The translations under genes were made by a program, and so were the position numbers. From positions 1,834 to 65,833 of the forward strand of contig JACQXA010000001.1 in assembly GCA_016208975.1 (NCBI GenBank): a DNA stretch of 64,000 nt, read 5' to 3'. The notes beneath the pieces were generated by a model. The model made no database searches. It saw only the letters and a program-made list of their open reading frames with translations, and was not told where the DNA came from. The stretch is from Nitrospinota bacterium. Its GTDB lineage: Bacteria > Nitrospinota_A > UBA7883 > JACRLM01. This document shows positions 47,457 through 57,300 of this stretch, one piece after another (the stretch's first letter is position 1; each line of letters opens with the position of its first letter).

Positions 47457-48560
47457 ATGACAAAACAGGACTACTACGAGATTCTCGGCGTTCAAAAAAA
47501 CGCCTCGCCGGACGAGATAAAGAAAGCTTACAGGAAGAAAGCCTACCAGTACCATCCAGACCAGAACCCCGGCAACCCGGAAGCCGAGGAAAATTTCAAG
47601 GCGGCTTCGGAGGCCTACGAGGTTCTGCGCGATCCGGACAAAAAATCACTGTACGACAGATACGGCCATGATGGGCTAAAACAGACCGGTTTTTCCGGAT
47701 TCTCCGGGTTTGAGGACATTTTTTCCAGTTTCGGCGATGTTTTCGAAGACTTTTTTGGGTTTAGCGGCGCCCGCCGTGGCGCTCCAAACCAGCCGCGAAA
47801 AGGGGCCGACCTGCGGTACGACATGGAGGTCGAGTTCAAGGAGGCGGTTTTCGGTGTGGACAAAGATTTTGAGGTGGAGAAATACATCCTTTGCTCCGCC
47901 TGCGAAGGCTCCAGGAGCGAGCCCGGCTCCAAAAGCTCCGTATGCCCCACATGCCGGGGCGCCGGGAAGGTAACCAGGTCCCAGGGGTTCTTCGCCATTT
48001 CCACCGAATGCCCGTCGTGCCGGGGGGAAGGCGTGAAAATAACCAACCCATGCAAGAAATGCAAAGGCTCTGGCCAGACGCTGGAACGCAAGAAGCTTTC
48101 CGTGAAGATTCCAGCCGGTGTGGAGACAGGCTCCCAGCTCCGGTTGAAAGGGGAGGGGGAGCCCGGGCGCAACGGCGGCCCCGCGGGTAATCTTTACGTG
48201 GTGCTGTTCATCAAGGAAGACGAGGTTTTCAAACGCCACGGAGACGACATTGTAGTGACCGTGCCCATAACCTTTTCCCAGGCGGCCCTGGGGGCGGACA
48301 TCACTATACCCACCCTGGAGGGGGAGAAAGAGTTCAACATCCCCGCCGCCACCCAGAGTGAATCAATCCACAGGTTGCAGGGGATGGGCGTCCCCCACCT
48401 CAGGCATTACGGGCGGGGCGACCTCATAGTGCGGCTGGTGGTGATGACGCCGGAGAAGCTCGGCAAGCGGCAGGAGGAGCTTTTCAGGGAGTTGGCGGAG
48501 CTGGATAAAAGCTCCGTGCGGGCGCACCAGAAAGGCTTTTTCGAGAAATTTATGGGGTGA
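47457..48560 (+). CDS. dnaJ: Chaperone DnaJ (class A)
   Basis: DYYEILG, HPD, G/F region, four CxxCxGxG-type repeats; start could be GTG 47451. Confidence 0.96.
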   Translation: MTKQDYYEILGVQKNASPDEIKKAYRKKAYQYHPDQNPGNPEAEENFKAASEAYEVLRDPDKKSLYDRYGHDGLKQTGFSGFSGFEDIFSSFGDVFEDFFGFSGARRGAPNQPRKGADLRYDMEVEFKEAVFGVDKDFEVEKYILCSACEGSRSEPGSKSSVCPTCRGAGKVTRSQGFFAISTECPSCRGEGVKITNPCKKCKGSGQTLERKKLSVKIPAGVETGSQLRLKGEGEPGRNGGPAGNLYVVLFIKEDEVFKRHGDDIVVTVPITFSQAALGADITIPTLEGEKEFNIPAATQSESIHRLQGMGVPHLRHYGRGDLIVRLVVMTPEKLGKRQEELFRELAELDKSSVRAHQKGFFEKFMG

Positions 48561-48730
48561 GGCGGGGGCGCTTATCCCACCATGATATTGACCGCTTCCC
48601 CGTGGTCGCCCGACCACGGGAATGGTTTGGCGGGAAACCGGGGTAAACGACCCCGGCGAAGCAAACCTGGTAGGCTGGGCCCGTGATGGCGGGCTAGCCG
48701 GGCCGCGAAGCCTTCCAGCAATGCGCGGTT

Positions 48731-49657
48731 CTATTTGTTCAGGAAGTACTGGTCTATAAGCTCAATCAGCTGGCTGGTCTGCGGTTTTGTGGTATAGGCG
48801 TTGGCGCCCACCTCGCGGCATTTCATGGCCATCTGTTCGTTTATCATCGAGGAGAACATGATAACCGGCAGGTCTATGCCCGCGTCCATCTTCACCTTCC
48901 GGCAAAGGGTAAGCCCGTCCATCTGGGGCATCTCGATGTCCGTAAGTATGCCGCTTATGAATTTCTTTATGGGCACACGCTGGCTCTCCGCCTCTTCCTT
49001 GATCTCCATAACTTTGGCGAAGGCGTCCTTGCCGTTGGTGAAAACCGTCAGGTTCGTGTAACCGACTTTTTTGAGTATTTTTATAACGGCGTCCCTTATC
49101 AATGGCGAATCCTCCGCCACGATTATCTGGGCCTCTTCCCTGCGCAGGGAGCTGGCGGGCAAATTATCCTCGTCGTAAGTGACGGCGGATTGGGGATAGA
49201 TGGTGGATATGATGTGCTCCAGGTCCAGAATGAGTATCTGCCTGTCTTCAAAATGCACGGTGCTGGTTATCATGGGCCGGTACTGGGAGACGAAATTGGC
49301 CACCGGTTTGACGCTCTCCCAGGAACAGCGGTGGATCTGGCGGACACCGTCCACCAGGAACCCGTTCACCAGGGTGTTGAACTCGCACACCAATATGACG
49401 CGCCGGTCGGAGTTGGACACATGCTCGTTTTTTAATATGGACGCCAGGTCTATAAGCGGGAAAGTCTCGTTCCGGAGGTAGTACAGGCCAAGCATGGCCG
49501 GGTGGTGTTCCGGGATGGGGGTGATGGATTTGCCATCGTACTGGATTATCTCCCGCACCTTGGCCACGTTCACCCCGTAGCTTTGGGAGCCCACGAAGAA
49601 TTCGACTATCTCAAACTCGTTGGTTCCGCTTTCAAGAAGGATTTCCTGCCCGTTCAT
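48731..49657 (-). CDS. cheV: Chemotaxis protein CheV (CheW + receiver)
   Basis: ILLESGTNE, YGVNVAKVREI, AEDS, TDIEMPQMDG, FSS. Confidence 0.95.
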   Translation of the reverse strand: MNGQEILLESGTNEFEIVEFFVGSQSYGVNVAKVREIIQYDGKSITPIPEHHPAMLGLYYLRNETFPLIDLASILKNEHVSNSDRRVILVCEFNTLVNGFLVDGVRQIHRCSWESVKPVANFVSQYRPMITSTVHFEDRQILILDLEHIISTIYPQSAVTYDEDNLPASSLRREEAQIIVAEDSPLIRDAVIKILKKVGYTNLTVFTNGKDAFAKVMEIKEEAESQRVPIKKFISGILTDIEMPQMDGLTLCRKVKMDAGIDLPVIMFSSMINEQMAMKCREVGANAYTTKPQTSQLIELIDQYFLNK

Positions 49658-49804
49658 TTACATGTCTCCGGCGCAAAATCGCCGCCTCGGTTTGACTGGT
49701 TTTTAATAATGGATTCCGGTAAAGCCCGACAGCCCAAAGGAGAAATGTGACTGCCGGTGATTAAAGATTACCTAACGGCTAATGATAGGACAACCCGGAA
49801 CCAA

Positions 49805-51355
49805 TTACAACTCTCCCATGGCCTGGGGCATCAAATTTAGCAAGTCCGAGGCCATGAGGGTTATGGATTGCACGTGTTTCGCCTTATAAATGTCCGCCAG
49901 CAGGCCGTGGATGTAAGCCCCGGCCACGGCGGCCTTCCATGCCTCGGCCCCTTGGGCCAGCAGGCCACCGATGAGCCCCGTAAGCACATCTCCCGTGCCG
50001 CCGGAGGCCAAACCCTCGTTCCCGGTGGGGTTTATATAGTTGGCCCCATCGGGGGTGGATATAACCGTTCCAGCCCCCTTCAGCGCCACGATCGCTCCGG
50101 TTTCCATGGCAAGCGCGGATGCGGCTTTAAGCCTGTCCTGTTGAACTTGGGCGGCGGTTTGGCCCGTTAGCCTCCCCATCTCGCCTGGGTGGGGTGTGAT
50201 GATTGTGGGGTGTTTCCGCCGCTTGATAATATCCATATGCCCGGCAAGACAGTTCAGCCCATCGGCGTCCAGCACCATGGGGATTTCCGCCGATTCCACC
50301 ACACGCCGGACGAACGAAGCGGTGGATGGATGGGTTGTAAGTCCCGGACCCATGGCTATGGCGGACTTCCCCTCCAGCGCCGCCATGAACCGATCGAACC
50401 CCCCATCGGATATGGAGCCTGTCTCCGTTTCTGGTAGGGGCAGGCCGATAACCTCCATGGCGCCCAGCTCGAAAGAGGGGAGGAGGTTGGAAGGCAACGC
50501 CGCAGTGACAAGGCCAGTCCCCGCACGCAGGGCTGAAAGGCCGCAAAGCGCCGCCGCGCCACCCATGCCAGTGGAGCCGCAAGCGGTTAGCAGATGCCCG
50601 AAGGTTCCCTTATGCCCGTCCGGCGGGCGGCGGGGAAGCATTTTGCGGATGTCCTCTTTTTCCGGGAGCCACCCTGAGCAGGGGGATTCATCCACCACCT
50701 TCGAGGGGATGGAAATATCGGCTATCACGAGCTGACCTACAGCGTTTCTGGCTGGAGTTATAAGTAAACCGGGTTTTGGCAGGCCGAAAGTGACCGTAAC
50801 ATCGGCCACAAAATGCGCGCCGGGAATGGAACCGTCGTCGGCCATGACGCCGGAGGGAATATCCACCGCCACTTTCAGTTTGCCCTGGCCGTTCATAGCC
50901 TCCAACGCCTGGATATAAAATCCCTTTGGCTCTGAAGATGCCCCCGTGCCCAGAAGGGCGTCCACCACTACGGTGGTGTGGAAGAACTTGAGTTTGAAGT
51001 TGTGGATGTGTTTTTCGGTAGTGAACTCTTTAACCCGCCCGCCTATGGCTATGAAGCTGTCCAGGTTTATGCGGGCGTCCCCTTTTATCTCTTCCTTTTC
51101 AGCCACAAGGAACACCGTGGGTTCGGCCCCCAAGTTGAAAAGGTGGCGCGCCACCACAAACCCGTCGCCGCCGTTATTCCCCTTGCCACAGAAGATGTTA
51201 ACCCGCGTCTTGCGCAGGTCCGGAATTTTTTCCCGGATGGCGTTAACCACCGCAATCCCGGCGTTTTCCATAAGGACCACGCCGGGTATCCCCATCTCCT
51301 CGATAGTCCGGCGGTCTATATCCCGCATCTGCGCGGCGGTAACAACTTTTATCAT
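49805..51355 (-). CDS. nnr: Bifunctional NAD(P)H-hydrate epimerase/dehydratase
   Basis: LMENAG, GKGNNGGDG, DIPSG, HKGTFG, TPHPGE, GGTGDVL. Confidence 0.96.
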   Translation of the reverse strand: MIKVVTAAQMRDIDRRTIEEMGIPGVVLMENAGIAVVNAIREKIPDLRKTRVNIFCGKGNNGGDGFVVARHLFNLGAEPTVFLVAEKEEIKGDARINLDSFIAIGGRVKEFTTEKHIHNFKLKFFHTTVVVDALLGTGASSEPKGFYIQALEAMNGQGKLKVAVDIPSGVMADDGSIPGAHFVADVTVTFGLPKPGLLITPARNAVGQLVIADISIPSKVVDESPCSGWLPEKEDIRKMLPRRPPDGHKGTFGHLLTACGSTGMGGAAALCGLSALRAGTGLVTAALPSNLLPSFELGAMEVIGLPLPETETGSISDGGFDRFMAALEGKSAIAMGPGLTTHPSTASFVRRVVESAEIPMVLDADGLNCLAGHMDIIKRRKHPTIITPHPGEMGRLTGQTAAQVQQDRLKAASALAMETGAIVALKGAGTVISTPDGANYINPTGNEGLASGGTGDVLTGLIGGLLAQGAEAWKAAVAGAYIHGLLADIYKAKHVQSITLMASDLLNLMPQAMGEL

Positions 51356-51384
51356 TGAACTGCGCCTTGCTACGGGGTTTGGGC

Positions 51385-53676
51385 TTACGCCTGGTTCTTC
51401 ATCCCGAAATACTCGTTGAGCTTCTTCTCTATCTCACCGAGCAGGAATTTCAGTTCCACTATCTGGGCTCCGGCTTTGTCTATCACCCGTTCCTCTTCCT
51501 TCAACGCGCCCGCCTTGGCCTGCACGTCTTCGGCCAGAATGTTCAGGTCGTTCAACCTCTGCTCCAGCCGGGTGACGATGGCCAGCTTGGAAGACAGACG
51601 CTCCATCTTGGATTCTTCCTCGCTCATCATCTCGTTGATGCCGGATATGCGGGTGGTGATGGCCTTGAAGCTTTCCTTGTCCCGCTCCAGCGCCTCTTTC
51701 TGGGCATGGGCGTCCCGCAGGGATGCCTGGAGACCGGCCATCTGTTCGGCCATCTTCTTTATGTCCTCTTCCTTGCCCTTCAAAGTGGCTATGCGGTCAT
51801 CTATGGAGGAGTAAACGGTACTCAGGTAAGACAGCTTCTTCTCCATATCCACTATACGCTCGTCCTGCTCACCCAGGTAGCGGACCCGCTCTTCCACTTC
51901 CGTTATTTTCCCGGCGATGGACTCCACCTTTTCCTTCACCACATCACTGTCTTTCACCAGGCGTTTGGCCTCGTCGATCTGCTCCTGGGCGCGGGTGAGG
52001 GCCGGGTTGATGGTCTGCTGGATGCTTTTCAGCTCTTCGAGTTTCTTGTAGCCCGCTTCCGCTTCGGATATCTTGCCGTTTATTCCGTCCTCCACCTCGG
52101 ACAGCCTGTCATACAGGTTTTTTAGCCTGGCTTCGGTGGCGTCCACGTTGGCCTTTTCCTTCGCCAGGCCCAGCAGACGTTCTTCTAGCGAACCGGTCAT
52201 CTGGCTGAAACTTTCTATCCTGCGGTCCAGGGAATCCACCATTTCGGTTTTCCTGGTTACCTTGTCGATCTTCAGGTTGGCGTCTTCGATGAGGTAATCC
52301 AGCCCGTCCAGCTTTTTCTCCAGCTTTTCGATAAGACCCCGCCGTTCCAGCTGGTTCTCCATTTTTATGTCCAGGTTCAACACCATGTCGTTGAGGGAGT
52401 TTATTTTCCCTTCCACCTGCTCCACCATAATCTTGCGTTGGGCAAGCTCCTCCATGCGGCGGTTCACGGTGTCGAACATGTCGCCGAGGCGGTTGACGTT
52501 GGTTTCGATCTCCTCGGCGACCTTGGCCTCCTGCCGGAACTTTGAAAGTTTCTCCTCCACCTGCCCGGCGGAGTCGAAAAACCGCTCCACGTTCTGCTGG
52601 GCGCCCTCCACCACCTTTAACTGATCCGACACCAGCTTAAGCTTTTCCTCAACGACGCCGGTAAGCTGGGTGTTAAGCTCGTTTACCTTGGTCTCCACCA
52701 CCTTGGCCCGTTTCTCTTCCTCACGAAGACGCGTAAGGTTCATCTCCACATTGGCCGAAAGCCTGTCCAGGTCCGCCAGCCGTTCGCCGATCTTGCGCAC
52801 CTGGTCTTCCCGGGAGAGCACGTTGCGCATCTCCACCCGGAGGGAGTTTATGTTCTGCAGGAATTCGGAAACCTCCCGCTGGGTCTCGGAAACAAGGCTC
52901 TTTTGTTGCGTCAGCTCGTCTATGGCGGTCTGCATGGAGTCCAGCGAGTTCTGGTTCCGTTTTACGTCGGCGTTAAGGCGCTCCACCGATTGTTTGTGGG
53001 AGGTGAGGGATTCCATCCTGGCGTCCATTTCACCAAGGGTTTTGCGCATGGAGTGGCTTTTATCCTCCGCCTGGGATAGAAGCTCCTTGAACTTGTCGAT
53101 GCTTTCCATGCGGCTGGACACGGTTTCCAGCATGTTTTCCAGCCGGACTATGTTCTTTTCAGACTTGCGGACAAGCTTGTTCTCCTCGGCAAGGCGCTTG
53201 ATGCGGGATTCCATGTCCCAAAACAGGACATTCAGCTTTCCGGCTTCCTCGTTGGCCCGCTCCACGATGACCCTTTGGAGGGATAGAGCCTTTATTTTCG
53301 AGTTGATGTGCTCCACCAACCTGTTTACGGAGTCTATGTCCTTCTTATTCCGGTTCAGCTGATCCATAACCTCTTCGGCTTTCTGAGCCGTCTCGCCGAT
53401 GGAGGAGCCTACGCCACGGAACTCCGCAAGCTTCCGGTCCATATCGCTGGATATGGAGTCTATCCCCGCCAGTTTTTCCTCCACCCGGCGGAACACTTCC
53501 ACCTTGTTTTCCAGAGGTTCAAGGTTCTTCGATATATATTCCACCAGAAGCTGGATGGTCTTGCGCTCTTTGGCCGCCTCGTCCAGAAATTCCCTGTAGG
53601 CCGCCATGCCAGCGCCTGACATGTTTTCTATATCCGCCCTGGCGGTATCGGATTCACTGCTGGTGTGGTCGCTCAT
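51385..53676 (-). CDS. Long coiled-coil protein made of 31-residue repeats
   Basis: 763 aa, E/K/R/L-rich, no TM segment or Walker A; SD AGGAGG upstream. Confidence 0.88.
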   Translation of the reverse strand: MSDHTSSESDTARADIENMSGAGMAAYREFLDEAAKERKTIQLLVEYISKNLEPLENKVEVFRRVEEKLAGIDSISSDMDRKLAEFRGVGSSIGETAQKAEEVMDQLNRNKKDIDSVNRLVEHINSKIKALSLQRVIVERANEEAGKLNVLFWDMESRIKRLAEENKLVRKSEKNIVRLENMLETVSSRMESIDKFKELLSQAEDKSHSMRKTLGEMDARMESLTSHKQSVERLNADVKRNQNSLDSMQTAIDELTQQKSLVSETQREVSEFLQNINSLRVEMRNVLSREDQVRKIGERLADLDRLSANVEMNLTRLREEEKRAKVVETKVNELNTQLTGVVEEKLKLVSDQLKVVEGAQQNVERFFDSAGQVEEKLSKFRQEAKVAEEIETNVNRLGDMFDTVNRRMEELAQRKIMVEQVEGKINSLNDMVLNLDIKMENQLERRGLIEKLEKKLDGLDYLIEDANLKIDKVTRKTEMVDSLDRRIESFSQMTGSLEERLLGLAKEKANVDATEARLKNLYDRLSEVEDGINGKISEAEAGYKKLEELKSIQQTINPALTRAQEQIDEAKRLVKDSDVVKEKVESIAGKITEVEERVRYLGEQDERIVDMEKKLSYLSTVYSSIDDRIATLKGKEEDIKKMAEQMAGLQASLRDAHAQKEALERDKESFKAITTRISGINEMMSEEESKMERLSSKLAIVTRLEQRLNDLNILAEDVQAKAGALKEEERVIDKAGAQIVELKFLLGEIEKKLNEYFGMKNQA

Positions 53677-54059
53677 CGTTTAAAAGATCCTCCTGGATGC
53701 TGTGACGGGCGCCGGGATCCGGCGCAATAAAGTTAAGGATTTTCCCGGTGATTATACAGAAAAACGGTCATCCGCTGGGTTTGTTTTTTCAATTTGACCT
53801 CCGGCGCGCCTGGCCACGGAGGAATTACCGGCGCGGTCCTTACGTCACGCGGCGTTACGCCGTATAGCGCTATATCGCTTAATTGCTGGAACCCGAAAAG
53901 AACACGTGTTCCGAAAAACCGCGTCATCAGCGGGTGAAACGACGCTTGCGATGAATTAAAAAAACCAACTTTTGTGTTGAACTGCTTATTAAACTCTGGT
54001 AAAAATCACTAACCTTTAAGTTCCGATTAAGCTACAACGCATGAGAGGAGAACCGTTAG

Positions 54060-54353
54060 ATGGCTGGAAAAAAACCAATGACCAAGGGGCAAATCGCTGA
54101 CAACATCGCCACCGCATCCGGCTTAACAAAGAAGCTGGCCGCCCAGATCCTGGACGGTTTGGCCGCTTTGGCCTACAAAGAGGCGAAAAATGGCTTCACC
54201 CTGCCGGGGTTGGGCAAACTGGTTCTGGTTCAGAGGAAAGCCCGCAAGGGTAGGAATCCGCAGACTGGCGAAGTAATAAAAATACCCGCGAAGAAGGTTG
54301 TTAAATTCCGCGTGGCCAAAGCCTGCAAAGACGCCGTACTGGGCTCCAAATAG
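54060..54353 (+). CDS. hup: HU family DNA-binding protein
   Basis: RKARKGRNPQTGEVIKIPAKKVVKF. Confidence 0.95.
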   Translation: MAGKKPMTKGQIADNIATASGLTKKLAAQILDGLAALAYKEAKNGFTLPGLGKLVLVQRKARKGRNPQTGEVIKIPAKKVVKFRVAKACKDAVLGSK

Positions 54354-54370
54354 GGGCTCTGATTTTCGTT

Positions 54371-54441
54371 AAACCGGCCCGGCGGAAAGGGTGTGGGGGA
54401 AAATACAAAAACCCGCGTTCCGCTGGCCGGTTTTTCTTTTT
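54371..54441 (+). terminator. Terminator-like long hairpin after hup
   Basis: AAACCGGCC-C-GGCGGAA pairs with TTCCGCT-GGCCGGTTT, followed by TTCTTTTT. Confidence 0.6.
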
Positions 54442-54553
54442 GCCTAAAGCGGTTTAAGCGCCGCCATGGCTAGCATTCACAAGGCGTTAAGGCCCCAAAC
54501 CGCTAAAAAATGTTGGGCGGCCTTGGTGAGTTATGTTATCATCCAAACTTTGT

Positions 54554-54629
54554 GGGGCAGTAGCTCAGTTGGGAGAGCGCAGCGTTCGCAATGCTGAGGT
54601 CAGGGGTTCGATCCCCCTCTGCTCCACCA
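54554..54629 (+). tRNA. tRNA-Ala (anticodon CGC)
   Basis: 76 nt; GGGGCAG/CTGCTCC acceptor with G3-U70, anticodon loop TTCGCAA, GTTCGATC T-loop, encoded CCA. Confidence 0.97.
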
Positions 54630-54631
54630 AT

Positions 54632-56104
54632 TTTTCCAGCCATCCTACCGCTTTATTATTAAAGCTGTTCACACTTTTTCTATCGGTCTTGGTTTATTCC
54701 GGTTGCGCCGGCACAGGCTCTTATAAAAACCAGTCATCGCTTATAGATCCTCCTTCCGCGTCGAAAACCATGGCAAATGCCGCAAAAGAAGGGGCGCTTA
54801 CGCCTGGGCCGTGGCCGGGTATTGAGTGGTGGAGGGATTTTAACGACCCGGTTCTTGCAAAACTGGTTGAGGAATCCTTCAGTAATTCACCTGAAATGAA
54901 GCTGGCCCAGGCCAAGGCCCGATTTGCCGACGCGCAGGCGCGGCTTGCCGGAGCGGTGGATACTCCTGACGTTTCGATGAACGCTGAATCTTTCCGCCAG
55001 CGGATAAGCGACAACGGCTTGATACCGACCAGGTTTTTCCAAAATCCGAACACGCTGACGCAGGCATCTTTAGCATTCAGCTACGAACTGGACATCTGGG
55101 GCCTTCACGCCTCCATCATAAAAAGCGCTTTAGGCGAGGCCGCGGCAGTTAAGGCCGAAACCTATATGGCCAGACTGTTACTCTCGTTCGCCGTGGCCCA
55201 GGCGTACTTCGACCTATCATGGTTCCGGGAACGGCTGGAGCTTATGGGAATACTCCTTGCCAACAGTGAATCGTTGGAACGCCTTGCCGCTAAAAGGGTG
55301 GAGGGGGGATTGGATTCCATAACCTCCCTGCAAAAGGCGCGACTAGATCTGGAGCTAATGCGTTCCTCGGTAGCCGGGGCCAAACGTGACGCTGGCATGG
55401 CCGCCAACAAACTTGCCGCGTTAATGGGGCGCGGGCCGGACTATGCCATGTCCAGCGAAACGGCCAAATCGCGGGATTTTGCCTCTCCCGCCGCGTTGCC
55501 GGATAACCTGATGACGGACATTCTCGCAAGAAGGCCGGACATCATCGCCGCGAAGTTGAGAGTGGTAACGGCGGGGTATCGCGTGGACGCGGCCCGGGCG
55601 CTGTTTTACCCAAATGTGAACATCAGGGCGCTGGTGGGGCTTCAAAGCGTGGATATAGAAAAACTGTTCAATGCTGATAGCCATATGTATAACTTCGGTC
55701 CGGCAATCCACCTGCCCCTTTTCGACGGGGGCAGGCTTTCGGCCAATCTTGAATCCCGTGGCGTGGAATGGGACATGGCCGTGGAAAAATACAACCTGAC
55801 GGTGATTAACGCGGTAAAAGAAACGGCGGACTCGGTTATTTCAGTGGATGGCGCCGCAAAAAGGTTAGAGTCTGGAAAGATGGCGCTGGAAGCCGCGCAA
55901 GCCGGTTATGAGGCCATCCGGAAACGGCGCGAAGCGGGGCTGGACGATGCCATGGCGGAGATAAACGCCAGCGGTATGATGATTGTCCAGCGGTTAGAGT
56001 TGGCCACGGCCCGGCGTGAAAACCTTACAGCCAGGGTTTTGCTGATAAAATCACTGGGCGGAGGATATATGAGTGATGAGTTGCTTGCGGGAAACACCAA
56101 ATGA
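54632..56104 (+). CDS. NodT/OprM family efflux outer-membrane lipoprotein (start unresolved)
   Basis: Lipobox-like VYSGC at 54692-54706, [29 protein letters not shown]; start coordinate is a placeholder (see findings). Confidence 0.85.
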   Translation, partial: FSSHPTALLLKLFTLFLSVLVYSGCAGTGSYKNQSSLIDPPSASKTMANAAKEGALTPGPWPGIEWWRDFNDPVLAKLVEESFSNSPEMKLAQAKARFADAQARLAGAVDTPDVSMNAESFRQRISDNGLIPTRFFQNPNTLTQASLAFSYELDIWGLHASIIKSALGEAAAVKAETYMARLLLSFAVAQAYFDLSWFRERLELMGILLANSESLERLAAKRVEGGLDSITSLQKARLDLELMRSSVAGAKRDAGMAANKLAALMGRGPDYAMSSETAKSRDFASPAALPDNLMTDILARRPDIIAAKLRVVTAGYRVDAARALFYPNVNIRALVGLQSVDIEKLFNADSHMYNFGPAIHLPLFDGGRLSANLESRGVEWDMAVEKYNLTVINAVKETADSVISVDGAAKRLESGKMALEAAQAGYEAIRKRREAGLDDAMAEINASGMMIVQRLELATARRENLTARVLLIKSLGGGYMSDELLAGNTK

Positions 56105-57279
56105 ACGGCCCCGATACTAAAACAGAAGCGCCCCGGCAGGAAGCAAGCCCGAACCATAAAAGAAAGCGGATTATCTCGATTCTGCTGGCCGGGTTCGCGT
56201 TGGCGGGTGTGGCTTTCGGCGCTTATTGGCTGATTATAGGCCGTCATTACGCATATACCGACAATGCTTATGTGGCCGGGAATATCGTGCAGGTGGAGCC
56301 TCAGGCGGCGGGCACGGTGGTGGCAATATACGCCGATGAAACCGACATGGTGGAGAAGGGCCAACTGCTGATAAAGATTGGTGACGCCGACGCCTCTGTC
56401 GCATTGGACCAGGCCAAGGCCGAGCTGGCCCAGACTGTGCGAAAAACCCGTAAGCTTTTCGAGCAGGTGGAAGAATTAAAATCCGCTTTGGCGCTACGCA
56501 AGCTGGAGACAGAACGGCTGGCGGCGGAATACCAGCGCAGAAAAGAGCTGGTGGCGGACAGGGCTGTTTCGGAAGAAGATTACGGCCGGTCGAAGGCGGC
56601 TTGGGAAGAGGCAGTAAAAGCCGAAAAGGTGGCGGAAAAACAACTGGCCGGGGCGGTGGCGCTGGCGGGCGCCGGAAAACTGGAAATCCATCCGGATGTG
56701 CAGGGGGCCAAAGCCCGGGTTATGGCCGCTTATCTTAATCTTGCACGGTCGGAGATAAGGTCTCCGGTTACGGGGCATGTGGCCAAACGTAACGCCCAGC
56801 TGGGGGGCAGGATAGCGCCGGGGAAGCCTGTAATATCGGTGGTTCCGCTGGACCAGTTATGGGTGGACGCCAATTTCAAAGAGACCCAACTGCACGACAT
56901 CCGTGTTGGACAACAGGTGGAGATAACCTCCGACCTGCACGGGGATGGGGTGAAATACCATGGCAAGGTGATCAGCCTTGGCGCGGGCACGGGTAGCGTG
57001 TTTTCGATACTTCCCCCGCAAAACGCCACGGGCAACTGGATAAAAATAGTCCAGCGCGCCCCGGTGAGGATAAGCCTGGAGCCGGAAAGATTGAAGGAAC
57101 ATCCCCTAATATTGGGCCTTTCGTTGCAAGTTACCGTGGACACCCATGATCTGAGCGGAGCCCAGCTTGCGGGCCGCGCCAAGGAAGCGGGGAAATACGC
57201 CACCGATATCTATCAGCGCCAGTCCGATGGGGCGGCGGATATGATCAACGGTATAATCAGGGAAAACCTGGCCCCGTAA
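56101..57279 (+). CDS. emrA: EmrA family periplasmic adaptor
   Basis: TDNAYV, ANFKETQL, LPPQNATGNWIKIVQR. Confidence 0.93.
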   Translation: MNGPDTKTEAPRQEASPNHKRKRIISILLAGFALAGVAFGAYWLIIGRHYAYTDNAYVAGNIVQVEPQAAGTVVAIYADETDMVEKGQLLIKIGDADASVALDQAKAELAQTVRKTRKLFEQVEELKSALALRKLETERLAAEYQRRKELVADRAVSEEDYGRSKAAWEEAVKAEKVAEKQLAGAVALAGAGKLEIHPDVQGAKARVMAAYLNLARSEIRSPVTGHVAKRNAQLGGRIAPGKPVISVVPLDQLWVDANFKETQLHDIRVGQQVEITSDLHGDGVKYHGKVISLGAGTGSVFSILPPQNATGNWIKIVQRAPVRISLEPERLKEHPLILGLSLQVTVDTHDLSGAQLAGRAKEAGKYATDIYQRQSDGAADMINGIIRENLAP

Positions 57280-57300
57280 AAAACGGACACGCCTGAATTC

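Noticed and set aside
51355..53619. Plus-strand ORFs opposite the coiled-coil gene; SMC annotation for that gene
   Set aside because: The ORFs are antisense shadows; the protein lacks Walker A/B, signature and hinge.
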